Shown piece after piece: positions 21,468-31,224 of a stretch of 33,063 bases of DNA (positions are counted from its first letter, which is position 1; each line of letters opens with the position of its first letter). Position numbers and translations under genes: made by a program. The notes below the pieces were generated by a model, which made no database searches, had not been told where the DNA came from, and saw only the letters and a list, made by a program, of their open reading frames with translations. Where the stretch lies: contig MNVF01000038.1 in NCBI GenBank assembly GCA_001871535.1, forward strand, positions 1 through 33,063, read 5' to 3'. Source of the DNA: Candidatus Micrarchaeota archaeon CG1_02_49_24. GTDB taxonomy: Archaea > Micrarchaeota > Micrarchaeia > Anstonellales > UBA8471.

Positions 21468-22613
21468 ATGGCAATCCTTATCATAGTTTTCTCAGCCGGA
21501 TTCATAGCCCTCCTCTACCTCATGAAAAAAACCAGCGCGAAAAAGACGAAATATCTCACCAGCGTAGACACCCAGAGGCTGCCGGGCGAAGGCGCCCATG
21601 TGGGCCGAATCGCAGAGCAGAGCTTGAGTGCCTACCTGCCCTTTGACAAGCTCACCATGCATTCCCTGGTGGCAGGCGCCACTGGTTCAGGCAAGACCGT
21701 TGCTGCCCAGGTAGTTGCCGAGGAGGCGCTCCTGAACAAGGTGAGCATACTCGTGTTTGACCCAACGGCGCAATGGACAGGCTTCCTCAGGAAGCAGGCT
21801 ATAAGCGATATGCTGAAACGGTATGCGCGGTTTGGCCTGCAAAAGAGCGATGCGCGTGCATTCGACGGCAACATCTACCTAGTGGAAAATTCCGAAACGT
21901 TCCAGATAAACGTGAAAAAATACATGATGCCCGGAGAGATAAACGTATTCGTGCTGAACAGGCTGAAGCCCCAGGAGATGGAAATCATTGTTACCCGCGT
22001 GATTAAGGCGGTATTCGAGGCGAACCTGGAGGAATACAGGGGGCTGCGGCTGCTCATTGTGTTTGACGAGGTGCACAGGCTGCTTCCGAAGTTCGGGGGG
22101 ACTGGTGAAGGGTTTAAGCAGATAGAACGCGCGGTCCGCGAGTTCAGGAAATGGGGCGTTGGGATGGTGCTTGTCTCCCAGGTGCTGAGCGATTTTGTTG
22201 GTGAAATCAAGGCGAACATTGGCACTGAGATGCAGTTCCGGACGAAATACGAGCAGGATTTGGAGCGCATACGCTACAAATTCGGCCCGGAATCATTGCT
22301 GGGAGTGGTGAAGGCAAATGTCGGCACCGGGCTGATGCACAATTCGGAATACAACAACGGCAATCCCTATTTCGTGGAATTCCGGCCGCTCTTGCACAAT
22401 GTGGTGCGATTGAGCGACAAGGAGCTTGACACTTATAAAAGGTATAATGACAGGATTGTGGCGTTGGAGCAGAGAATTGAGAAAATGAAGGAAGATGGGA
22501 ATGATGTATTTGATTTGAACCTTGAGCTGAACCTGGCAAAAGATAAAATGAAAAAGGGCGCGTTCAACATTGTGGATATTTACCTTGAGAGCCTGGAAGG
22601 GAAGACGGCTTGA
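21468..22613 (+). CDS. Membrane-anchored P-loop NTPase of the HerA/FtsK/VirB4-like (DUF87-type) kind
   Basis: It has an N-terminal TM (MAILIIVFSAGFIALLYL), Walker A (VAGATGSGKT) and Walker B (LLIVFDEVHRL). The start was moved from TTG 21339 to ATG 21468. Confidence 0.65.
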   Translation: MAILIIVFSAGFIALLYLMKKTSAKKTKYLTSVDTQRLPGEGAHVGRIAEQSLSAYLPFDKLTMHSLVAGATGSGKTVAAQVVAEEALLNKVSILVFDPTAQWTGFLRKQAISDMLKRYARFGLQKSDARAFDGNIYLVENSETFQINVKKYMMPGEINVFVLNRLKPQEMEIIVTRVIKAVFEANLEEYRGLRLLIVFDEVHRLLPKFGGTGEGFKQIERAVREFRKWGVGMVLVSQVLSDFVGEIKANIGTEMQFRTKYEQDLERIRYKFGPESLLGVVKANVGTGLMHNSEYNNGNPYFVEFRPLLHNVVRLSDKELDTYKRYNDRIVALEQRIEKMKEDGNDVFDLNLELNLAKDKMKKGAFNIVDIYLESLEGKTA

Positions 22614-22812
22614 AAAGGACCTGCTCTTCCAGGCTGACGATAATGTTCTACTCTTGGTCCATAATGTTCTGGGAAGGCACACGCCACTCTTTCTCTAGTG
22701 CGGTTATCCCAGCCGCCTGCGACATTAGAAACAAATTGGGCAAGATATGTTCCCACAACTTCTTTAGGATCAGGGCGTGTAGTAACTTCCTGTAGTGCAA
22801 CTTTAGCATGAT

Positions 22813-23100
22813 TTCTTATGCCCTCTGGTAATCCATCATCATGGATGGCTTCACGTAACAAATCTGTCCGGCCGATTCCTGCCGCAGCGTCAAGCGCATA
22901 TGTTCTTATGCCCTCTGGTGATCCATCATCATGGATGGCTTCCCTTAACAAATCTGTCCGGCCGATTCCTGCCGCAGCGTCAAGCGCCGTATGCATTTGC
23001 GTTTGCGCATGGTTTCTTATGCCCTCTGGTAATCCATCATCATGGATGGCTTCCCTTAACAAATCTGTCCAGCCTCTTCCTGCCGCAGCGTCAAGCGCAC
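22813..23100 (-). repeat. Three near-identical coding repeat units (offsets 90 and 111 nt) encoding HEAT repeats
   Basis: ttcttatgccctctggt.atccatcatcatggatggcttc...tcctgccgcagcgtcaagcgc starts at 22813, 22903 and 23014. The peptide is LDAAAGIGRTDLLREAIHDDG.PEGIR. Confidence 0.85.
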
Positions 23101-23106
23101 TTTTTA

Positions 23107-23204
23107 GTAAAGTCCCTATCTTGCCAACCACTTCATCTCTATTTCCTCGGAATACAGGGTGTGCACGAGCCCGGTAAAGTCCCTATCTTGCCAACCACTT
23201 CATC
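23107..23204. repeat. 31-nt perfect direct repeat (23107-23137 and 23174-23204) bracketing 36 unique nt
   Basis: gtaaagtccctatcttgccaaccacttcatc occurs twice with a 67-nt offset. Confidence 0.85.
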
Positions 23205-23660
23205 AGGCACATCGATGGTAGTTGTAGCCAAATGATAAAAATCACGTAAAGCAGATAAGTCTACGTTTTCTGTTAATTCGTTCAATGCATCCTTAAATTG
23301 CTCCTTTGTAAAAGCCATTATCTCACCCTTGTCGTTTTATGTATTGATATACATATGTCAGGTAAAGTATATAAATGGATGCGCGCTTGTTTAACCCGCC
23401 AAGCCGTGAGTGAGATTATTGGAAGCGAAAATCAAGCCGAAAGCCTGAAAATTTAATCTCGTTTTGGTTCAGTTTTCGGTCTTGTCATTGTCGTTACAAC
23501 GCAGCCAAACACATCCACGCGCCAGTGGCCGGCTACCCATGGAGGTGACCTGCCTAACGCTGCCATTGCATCCCTGACATAAGGGTATAATCCAGAACCA
23601 TGGAGAGTTGTAGCTCTTCCTGCATTCCTTCTTGGATTTTGATTTTGTGCCTGACACATA

Positions 23661-24290
23661 TCAATCACCTACAAGGTTATCGCCAATAGCAGATATCATC
23701 ATGGCAGCGAACTTTTTCCTCATCGCCACAGCATTACCGGCAAATAGTTTGCCGTCCTCATACTCCTGCGCTGCAAGCAGATACATATCCCCGGCATCCA
23801 CAAATTTCCTTTCCCGTTCCAGCTCCTCTGCCAGCCTCCCGTAAGCATGGGCTGCGAACTCTTCCTGATTTATCCCCCTGTAAATTTCATTGCCCTGCTC
23901 AACAAGTTCAGCCAATGCCGCCTTTCGCTCATCACCTTGTTTGCCTGACAATTTCCGCGCGGCTATCCTTAACAGCACCGCGGCTGCGGCGGCTGCCAAT
24001 TTCCTGATTTTCGGAGATACTGCTATCGGATATTTGTCCACATCATAGGTCTTGCCACCGGTCACCGCCGCTTTTTGAAAAGTCTTCTGCATTTTTTCCT
24101 TATCTTTCTCGTATAAGGCTGCCGCCTTTTCTGCAAGCAGCCCGCCCAAATTCAGTTCAACAAGAGGCAGCCTTCTGAAAGTCATTCTGAAGGCAAATGA
24201 AACCAACGGGATGGCAGCACTGACTGCTAATTTCCTCAATGGCCCGGTTTTCAATGCACTTTCAACAACTGCCATGCTCCCACAACACAT
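23661..24290 (-). CDS. Hypothetical alpha-helical protein
   Basis: The 209-aa ORF is Ala/Lys/Glu-rich with no recognisable motif. An alternative start is ATG 24275. Confidence 0.45.
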   Translation of the reverse strand: MCCGSMAVVESALKTGPLRKLAVSAAIPLVSFAFRMTFRRLPLVELNLGGLLAEKAAALYEKDKEKMQKTFQKAAVTGGKTYDVDKYPIAVSPKIRKLAAAAAAVLLRIAARKLSGKQGDERKAALAELVEQGNEIYRGINQEEFAAHAYGRLAEELERERKFVDAGDMYLLAAQEYEDGKLFAGNAVAMRKKFAAMMISAIGDNLVGD

Positions 24291-24383
24291 CTTTTATTGC
24301 AGATATGTTATTATTAGTGAGGAGATGATATTTAAATACTTGTAAATTAAATATTGCTGTTTGATTTATTGTGTGATGGGATT

Positions 24384-25565
24384 ATGAGTGCATTTCAGGT
24401 TGCTAATTCATCTAATAGGAGAGGGATAATATTAGGGATTTCAGGGGCAGGAACGAGAGGGCAGGGAAACCTTGCCACTGCCATTAACAATATTGCATCT
24501 GACCCTGAACTACCTTTCTTTTTTGACCCAGTTGGTGTTTACACTCCAAGCGGAAACGGGGCACGCACATTAAAAACACGATTTTTTCCTCAGGCAACTG
24601 TGTTTGAAGGACCTAGGGGATATGAACAGATGATGAAAACCAGTTTAAGGAGAGAAAACGAGATTGCTGCTGTGATTATTGCATCCCCCAATCAATGCCA
24701 TGAAGAGCAAACTAAAACTGCGATGAAGGGGGGTATTGATGGGGTCAGTGGAATTTACGTGGATAAGCCTATTGCATTACTAGATACCGGTGTTCAAGGA
24801 GTAAGCGAAGCAATTAGGGAAACCCGTTTTTCCGGAGTGATAGTAGTCGGGCTTCCTTTTAGGTTAGATCCTACTATTCAGGGATTGGGAGAAATGCTGG
24901 TTGATGAAGTTCTTGATATCGGGGATGTTGTGTCAATTTCACATAGAGGCACATTGAACCTTGTCAAGGAAGGGGAGGAAGCGGGGAATTGGAAATGTGG
25001 ATACGGCATGGGCGACCCTATTTCAATGTTTGGCATACACTTAGTGGATATGCAGATTGAATTGATGGCACAACTTGGGAATACACTTACCATATCCCCG
25101 GGAGGGATTGTGATAGGAAAAACTTGGAGACATAATAACAGCAGGTTTACATTAGACACAGGTGTAGATGCAAGAATACAGTATTATGACTATACAAATA
25201 AGACCACTCCTGCGGGAGAACTCCACGTTGATGTGGACGCGCCAGAATTCTCTTTAAACTGGGAGATAATAGGGAACAGGGGAAGCCTGAAAATGAATCA
25301 AAATAGGGATGGAAAATCAATCCAATTCACTGGCAGGGCAGGAGAACATGAGCTGACTGAGGAGGAGATAGCTAAACACGCCCCGGATTACTGCAAAACC
25401 CATGGGCATGCAGCCACAAGAGAGCTATTAGACTGGGGGACTGCGATAACCCAATTTGGAGAATACCACCCAGCTGCAAGCTTTTATAAAGTTATGAGAA
25501 ATGAATGGGTCGGCCATGCGATTATGTTATCAGCAAGGAGTGGGGAAGAAATCCGGCTTGGTTAG
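24384..25565 (+). CDS. Gfo/Idh/MocA-like oxidoreductase (divergent)
   Basis: Family-like motifs are IILGISGAGTRGQ, AAVIIASPNQCHEEQTKTAMKGG and YVDKPIAL. The gene is visibly AT-richer than its neighbours. Confidence 0.45.
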   Translation: MSAFQVANSSNRRGIILGISGAGTRGQGNLATAINNIASDPELPFFFDPVGVYTPSGNGARTLKTRFFPQATVFEGPRGYEQMMKTSLRRENEIAAVIIASPNQCHEEQTKTAMKGGIDGVSGIYVDKPIALLDTGVQGVSEAIRETRFSGVIVVGLPFRLDPTIQGLGEMLVDEVLDIGDVVSISHRGTLNLVKEGEEAGNWKCGYGMGDPISMFGIHLVDMQIELMAQLGNTLTISPGGIVIGKTWRHNNSRFTLDTGVDARIQYYDYTNKTTPAGELHVDVDAPEFSLNWEIIGNRGSLKMNQNRDGKSIQFTGRAGEHELTEEEIAKHAPDYCKTHGHAATRELLDWGTAITQFGEYHPAASFYKVMRNEWVGHAIMLSARSGEEIRLG

Positions 25566-25629
25566 GTTGAAGCCAGGGGAGACAGCAGTGATTAACAATT
25601 TATAAATAACCCAGGGCATAATCTATTGC

Positions 25630-26469
25630 ATGAATAACAGATTATTGACGATATTTTTGCTGGTTTTATTTGCAGGCACGCTAGTCGCAGATTTCAAGCT
25701 GAAAGATATTGACGTGGTGGTATTTGCCAGGGATGAGCCTCTGGTGGAGGAAACCATCTCATTCTACATAACCACCAATGAATCGCTCAACGAACACAAA
25801 ACCGCGCCCATCGCAAGGAACGACCTGGAGGCATGGGTCAAGCGCACCAGCCTGAACGATATACGCCAGCACTTCGACCCCGAAGTGGCGAACATCAGTG
25901 AATTCATCATCCTGCCCCAGGAAACCAAATATTCCGCAGCAGAGGGTTCATACTATTCAAGCGTCAGGATACAGTACATTGCCCACAGGTATTACAACGG
26001 CACTGTGGCGCTGCCCGATACTGGCATATTCACGGTCGCGCAGTCAAAGCCCAGGATAAAGGAGTATGTGCTCAATGAAGAGGCGCTCAATTTCGGCAGC
26101 GGGTTCGGAGGGGACGCGGTCCTTGGGGAAAATGTCAGGCTGACATTGCAGCTGCCCAAGGAAGCCCGGGGGATTTATTTCTCCATCGACCCAAGCGAAG
26201 CGGAGCCAAGTGACTTCACGCTCGGCAGCGATGGAAAGAAACAATACATTGGCGATGAGCGCACCTTCTATTGGATGCATACGCGGCTGCCCTCGTTCAC
26301 GGTCAAATACTACATAGAACTGCCCTTGCAAGAGGAGATTAGGCAGGCTGTGGACAGCATTGCCAACAGGGTGGTGCTGATTTTCACAGGCCGGGACAGC
26401 CTCTCAGCAATCGTGCTAGTTGCAGCCATCCTGGTTTCGACCTATGCAATCCTCAAAGTTAAAAAGTAG
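25630..26469 (+). CDS. Hypothetical surface protein with an N-terminal signal/anchor and a C-terminal TM
   Basis: It begins MNNRLLTIFLLVLFAGTLVA and ends LSAIVLVAAILVSTYAILKVKK. It carries N-x-S/T sequons. Confidence 0.6.
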   Translation: MNNRLLTIFLLVLFAGTLVADFKLKDIDVVVFARDEPLVEETISFYITTNESLNEHKTAPIARNDLEAWVKRTSLNDIRQHFDPEVANISEFIILPQETKYSAAEGSYYSSVRIQYIAHRYYNGTVALPDTGIFTVAQSKPRIKEYVLNEEALNFGSGFGGDAVLGENVRLTLQLPKEARGIYFSIDPSEAEPSDFTLGSDGKKQYIGDERTFYWMHTRLPSFTVKYYIELPLQEEIRQAVDSIANRVVLIFTGRDSLSAIVLVAAILVSTYAILKVKK

Positions 26470-26488
26470 AATATACGGTGGGTTTGTG

Positions 26489-27967
26489 ATGCTTCATCAG
26501 ATTGAAAAACTTCTTTTGGCTGCCATGGAGCAGGGAAGGGATTATGATGTGCCCTCTCTCGCAGTGGCAACAGGCCTTGACCCGGGGGCAGTAATGAAGG
26601 GCATTGCCTGGCTGGAGGAAAAGGGGGCGCTTGCGAAATCAGTGAGCATCAGCAAAAAAACCGAAATCACAGATGAAGGCAAACACTACATAGATAATAA
26701 ATTCCCGGAAAACAGGGTTTACGACAAGGTTGTTGCCGCAGGGGAAAATGGAGCGCCGATGTCCGCATTCGATGCCGAAGAAACGCGCATAGGACTAGGA
26801 TTGGCAAGAAAATCAGGATGGATTGCACCGCAACAATCACCAAATGGATTCACCTTCAGAAAAGGAACCGCGCCTGCTGTTGACAAGGCAAAGGAATTGA
26901 AGGCAATAAAATTGGGGCCCCACACACAGTATCTAGTGGAGTTCATGGAGCGAAAGCTCTGCGAAACAATTGAGAAAAAATCTGTCAGCGTGAAGCTTAC
27001 TGAAAGCGGTGCAGCACTCAGGAAAGATGCATCAATGCCAACTGCCAGAAGCTCAACAATTCCATCGAATGCAGATATTGCAGCACCAATAAACACCATA
27101 ACTTCAGACTTCATAAGGGCGAAAGCCTGGAAGGATACGGGAGTTGAGATTAGAGGGTATAACGTGCTCGCCCCGGTTGAAGTGCCATTTGCGGCAAAGA
27201 GGCACATAGTTGGCCGCGCCATCCGCAGGATAAAGGATATCTTCCTCTCCCTTGGGTTTGAGGAGATGGGTGGCTCGCTCATAGAGGCGGGCTTTTGGAA
27301 TTTTGACGTGCTGTTCCAGCCCCAGGACCACCCGGCAAGGGAGTTGGCAGACACATTCTACCTGGACAAGGCAGTGAAGCTTGGCAGTGGCGGGGAGCGG
27401 GCACTCATCAAGCGCGTGAAGGAAGTGCATGAGAACGCCTGGGGCACGCCCTGGCTGGAGGCAGAGGCCTCAAAGTGCGTGCTGAGGACCCATACCACGG
27501 CCGTGAGCGCACGCTATCTGGCAAAGCTGGCTGGAAGCAAGATTAAGAAAAAATATTTCTCAGTAGGCAAGGTCTACCGCAATGAATCGATTGATTTCAA
27601 GCACCTGGCAGAGTTCCACCAGATAGAAGGCATTATTGTGGATGAGAATGCCACGTTCGCTGACCTGCTGGGCACCCTGAAGCAGTTCTACTCCAGGCTC
27701 GGCTTTGAGAAGATAAGGTTCATGCCCAGCTATTTCCCATACACCGAGCCTTCGCTTGAGATTGAGGTCTATTTTGAGGATAGGAAAGAGTGGCTGGAGC
27801 TCGGCGGCGCGGGCATATTCAGGCCAGAGGTGAGCAAACCCCTTTGTGGCAGGTATCCTGTGCTGGCGTTCGGGCTTAGCATGGAGAGGCCGCTTATGCT
27901 CAAGCTGGGCATAAGCGATATAAGGATTCTCTACGAAAACAATATGACACTTTTACGTGAACAGTAA
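26489..27967 (+). CDS. pheS: Phenylalanine--tRNA ligase alpha subunit (archaeal type)
   Basis: Class II motifs are FQPQDHPARE, LRTHTTAVSARYL, GKVYRNESIDFKHLAEFHQIEG, PSYFPYTEPS and GAGIFRPEV. ATG at 26489 was chosen over the track start. Confidence 0.9.
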   Translation: MLHQIEKLLLAAMEQGRDYDVPSLAVATGLDPGAVMKGIAWLEEKGALAKSVSISKKTEITDEGKHYIDNKFPENRVYDKVVAAGENGAPMSAFDAEETRIGLGLARKSGWIAPQQSPNGFTFRKGTAPAVDKAKELKAIKLGPHTQYLVEFMERKLCETIEKKSVSVKLTESGAALRKDASMPTARSSTIPSNADIAAPINTITSDFIRAKAWKDTGVEIRGYNVLAPVEVPFAAKRHIVGRAIRRIKDIFLSLGFEEMGGSLIEAGFWNFDVLFQPQDHPARELADTFYLDKAVKLGSGGERALIKRVKEVHENAWGTPWLEAEASKCVLRTHTTAVSARYLAKLAGSKIKKKYFSVGKVYRNESIDFKHLAEFHQIEGIIVDENATFADLLGTLKQFYSRLGFEKIRFMPSYFPYTEPSLEIEVYFEDRKEWLELGGAGIFRPEVSKPLCGRYPVLAFGLSMERPLMLKLGISDIRILYENNMTLLREQ

Positions 27968-28001
27968 CGTTTTGTTATTCGCTACGGAATCCGGTGGGTT
28001 T

Positions 28002-29942
28002 ATGGAAAACATAGCGCCAGCGCTGGCCGCATTTCTTGTGCTTCTTCTAGCAAACCTCATAGGCATTGGAACTGTTTTCGGAACTTTTTCAATCATTGAA
28101 TCAGGCATTGCAGATTCCGGTGGTGGGCACTCTCTTTACGCACTGGTTAAATCCGAAGAAGGAACAAACCTCACGCTGCTCTGGGTTGGGGGAAGCAAAC
28201 AGCAAACCTATCTTCTTGAGCATGCAACCCCCTATCCGAATTCAACCCTGGATAAATTCCGCGACTTTCTGTCAATGAGGCTGAAACGGCAGGGCATTGC
28301 ACTGGGAAAAACAACCCTCGGAAACCTAACCAGCCTTTCCGGAAGCATTGTGATAATACCCACGACCTTTTTCCCGGCTGAATTGAATGACGGGGCATTG
28401 CTGGATGGGATGGCGGCAGGAAACAATACCATGGTATTCCTGGGAAAACAATTTGATTACCTGATTGATGGGGAGGGCAGCCTTGTGCTAAACCCAACTG
28501 GCACCGCGCCCAAAAGCGCCTTGCAAATCCTGCAAATCAACGCCACCATTGCAGACGATGAAAACCAAAACCTTCCGAACTTCAAGACCGCAAATAAGAT
28601 TGCCGAAGATATTGCCTATGGGCGGTTCGGCACTGTTTACGCAGCGGCGGATTTCGCATTGGTGAATGGCACGAAAATAATATATGCGCAAGCAGGTGCG
28701 GAGCCACAGCCAGGCACAACAGGTGCCGGAAAAATCATAAACAAAAATACCCTTGGAACATATTACTTTGAGCCGCAGGCCTATTCCGGGAAACTGAAAA
28801 ACCCCAACTTGGCCTATCAGGGAAAAACACCTGTGGAATTTACAACTGCCAATTCTTACAATGAATCGCTGGTGCTTGAGTTTACCCTGAAGGTGAGGGA
28901 TGCCGAAAAAACCGTTGCCACAGCCAATCTCGGCAAATCACTGGTGAAACATGCCTATTTTTCATCTGCGGCAATTGAGCTGGCTCCAGGCGACTACCTG
29001 CTCAAGGTCTTTGACCAGTATGGCACCGCCCATGCTGCCTCGCTCCTTCATGTAAAAATGATTACGTTCGCACCAGACAACGCAGGCATGCTGCACATCT
29101 ATGAGGACGGCATGCCCTACCGGGGCGTGGCTGAGATAGCAACGGGCAATGGAATCGTATCAGTGCAGGTAGATGGTGCGCTAATGACAGGGGAGGGTGT
29201 GGCTGTGCGCGTGCACGGCACAGAATTTCAACCCGGAAATGCCAGGGAGAACTCCACGCTTGCATTCTATTATACATACTGGCCGATTGCCCTGGCGATT
29301 GTTGTGGCAAGCTACCTGTTCGCCAATCCAGGAGCCGGGAAAACCTATAAACTCCTGATGCCGGCGCTTGCCAGGCCCAAAAAGAAGGTGACGATTACCC
29401 TTGAAGGATTCATGGTGCTTATGAAAGAATTTTGCAGCAGACCGGCCCACCTCACAGAAGTGATATACAAACTGAATGAGCACCTGAGCAGGGAACGGAT
29501 GATTACCGTGGACGAGAGCTCTGTGCTAAGGATAATGGGCGCCATGGAATTCATGAAATCCTATGACGATTATTATTTCTATTCGGAAACCGTGGTTGGG
29601 GAACCCGGGGCGAGCACAGAAGAGGCGTTCGAAACTGAATATATTGAACGGCGGCTGCGCGACCTCGCCATAGTGAACGGAAGGAAAACCCTTGGGAGCT
29701 ATGAGAAGAACGGAAACATATATGAGCTATTTCCCTACCCAAAGCTTCCAGGCAAAATCGGGCTCGCAGAAAACGCGCAGCACGCGCGGCTAAAGATTGC
29801 TGTTTTCAAAAACAAGGCAGACGCGGATGCATTCAGGGGAAAGATTGCAAACGGGCCTGACCCGAGATTGCGGCTGGCCCTGGCAAATGGCGCGCTTCTG
29901 CTGATGGGCGTAGAGGAAGTGGGAAAATGGCTGGAAGGTTAG
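28002..29942 (+). CDS. Hypothetical membrane protein with a large extracytoplasmic domain, a second TM and a cytoplasmic C-terminal domain
   Basis: It begins MENIAPALAAFLVLLLANLIGIG and has a second hydrophobic helix (WPIALAIVVASYLFA). No family was recognised. Confidence 0.6.
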   Translation: MENIAPALAAFLVLLLANLIGIGTVFGTFSIIESGIADSGGGHSLYALVKSEEGTNLTLLWVGGSKQQTYLLEHATPYPNSTLDKFRDFLSMRLKRQGIALGKTTLGNLTSLSGSIVIIPTTFFPAELNDGALLDGMAAGNNTMVFLGKQFDYLIDGEGSLVLNPTGTAPKSALQILQINATIADDENQNLPNFKTANKIAEDIAYGRFGTVYAAADFALVNGTKIIYAQAGAEPQPGTTGAGKIINKNTLGTYYFEPQAYSGKLKNPNLAYQGKTPVEFTTANSYNESLVLEFTLKVRDAEKTVATANLGKSLVKHAYFSSAAIELAPGDYLLKVFDQYGTAHAASLLHVKMITFAPDNAGMLHIYEDGMPYRGVAEIATGNGIVSVQVDGALMTGEGVAVRVHGTEFQPGNARENSTLAFYYTYWPIALAIVVASYLFANPGAGKTYKLLMPALARPKKKVTITLEGFMVLMKEFCSRPAHLTEVIYKLNEHLSRERMITVDESSVLRIMGAMEFMKSYDDYYFYSETVVGEPGASTEEAFETEYIERRLRDLAIVNGRKTLGSYEKNGNIYELFPYPKLPGKIGLAENAQHARLKIAVFKNKADADAFRGKIANGPDPRLRLALANGALLLMGVEEVGKWLEG

Positions 29943-31198
29943 CGTTGCCTGCGCTGCTTGCGCTTGCAACTTTCGTTTTCCTTTTGCTCTCAACGCCATT
30001 CGCATTAAGCCAGATGTTCCTTGATATGAATCTTTCAAACTCAGGGCTCACGCTGCTCGGCCTGGACCAGAACCTTGTGGCTGCGCCTGAGCGTGCGCCT
30101 GATGCGGGCAACCCGGTAATATTTTCATTCGTGAAGGTGGTGGATGCTTTCCCAAGCGTGGGTGATGCAGACGGAGAATGGATAAGCACAGACTTGGGTG
30201 CAGCGCTCGTGTGGGCCTGGGGCGCAGGCTCTTTTGAAGGGATTATTGATGAACACAATCCAGAGGCCTGCAGTGGGACCAAATATGCTTTTGCAAAAAC
30301 ATCACAGCCATATGCTGTTGGAAATGCAAGGGCAACTGCTGGAACAGCTCCCAGGACAATTGCATTGGGCGGGAATTATCTGACACTCTATCGCGCAGGA
30401 GAGATTTATCCTGAGGTCACCCAAAACGCAGCAAACAAGACTGTGCCGGACTACCCGGGGCTCACAATAAATATTGATGCAGCCATAGTGTTCCCGTATA
30501 GAATCACAAAAACAGCCTACCGCCTTTCCTGTGATAAAACCAGATGCACCTGCAAACAGCAAACCACAACTTCGGAAAAAACATTCGCATCAGTTGTCTC
30601 TGACAGCAAAACCTACAGCATTGAAACGAAAAACTTCACTTTTTTCCTCATCCGCCCTGTGCTTTACGAACAGCTGAACTACAAGCCGGCCTTTGAATTC
30701 CTGCTGCTCGGGAATAGGAAAATTGCAAACCTCACCATCTGGCAAAACAACAAAACCATCGGAGAAGCACAATTCCTTTCTTTTTCAGATTATTCAGATG
30801 AATTCGGTTATTTGCACGCCAGGGCAACTGATGAGGCAGCCCGGAAAAATGTCACAGCCGCAGCCTATGAACATTATACGCATCAGCCAACCATCGCCAA
30901 TATCACATATGCACGGCAATTGTTTGTGAATGCAACCATGAAAGAGAATGAATCATTGGGGGAAAATATGATGGCAGTGATTATATCCGACAGGTTTGGG
31001 AATGCATTCGGGCACCATGTGGCTGTGAGAAATCGCCTGGCGGGAGGAGCCCGGGCAAGTGCAGGAAATGATACGGTGCGCGGAACGCTTGCCGGCAGTG
31101 AGATGCATCCGCTTGAATTGCAATTGGGAGAAGGAATTGTTTCGCTGCTGCTTGCAGCTGCAATTGTGTTTGCATTCGTGACACTCCCCAATGCTTAA
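29927..31198 (+). CDS. Hypothetical secreted protein with a C-terminal anchor
   Basis: The signal-like N-terminus is MAGRLALPALLALATFVFLLLSTPFALS and the C-terminal TM is IVSLLLAAAIVFAFV. It overlaps the upstream stop by 16 nt. Confidence 0.6.
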   Translation: MAGRLALPALLALATFVFLLLSTPFALSQMFLDMNLSNSGLTLLGLDQNLVAAPERAPDAGNPVIFSFVKVVDAFPSVGDADGEWISTDLGAALVWAWGAGSFEGIIDEHNPEACSGTKYAFAKTSQPYAVGNARATAGTAPRTIALGGNYLTLYRAGEIYPEVTQNAANKTVPDYPGLTINIDAAIVFPYRITKTAYRLSCDKTRCTCKQQTTTSEKTFASVVSDSKTYSIETKNFTFFLIRPVLYEQLNYKPAFEFLLLGNRKIANLTIWQNNKTIGEAQFLSFSDYSDEFGYLHARATDEAARKNVTAAAYEHYTHQPTIANITYARQLFVNATMKENESLGENMMAVIISDRFGNAFGHHVAVRNRLAGGARASAGNDTVRGTLAGSEMHPLELQLGEGIVSLLLAAAIVFAFVTLPNA

Positions 31199-31224
31199 AT
31201 CCATTGCCGCACAAATTTGCTGCA

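Larger units (their letters stand above)
22580..23318 (-). pseudogene. HEAT (PBS-lyase-type) repeat protein gene split by a 67-nt frameshifting insertion
   Basis: An N-terminal 59-codon ORF (23318..23139, MAFTKEQFKDALNEL...DEVVGKIGTL) and the main ORF (23131..22580, VVGKIGTLLKSALDAAAG...) become one frame if 67 nt are removed. Confidence 0.6.

Noticed and set aside
22813-23100. Regularly spaced near-identical ~79-nt units that look superficially like a CRISPR array.
   Set aside because: The units are far longer than CRISPR repeats and their spacing is irregular (90 and 111 nt). They lie inside one open reading frame and translate to canonical HEAT repeat peptides.
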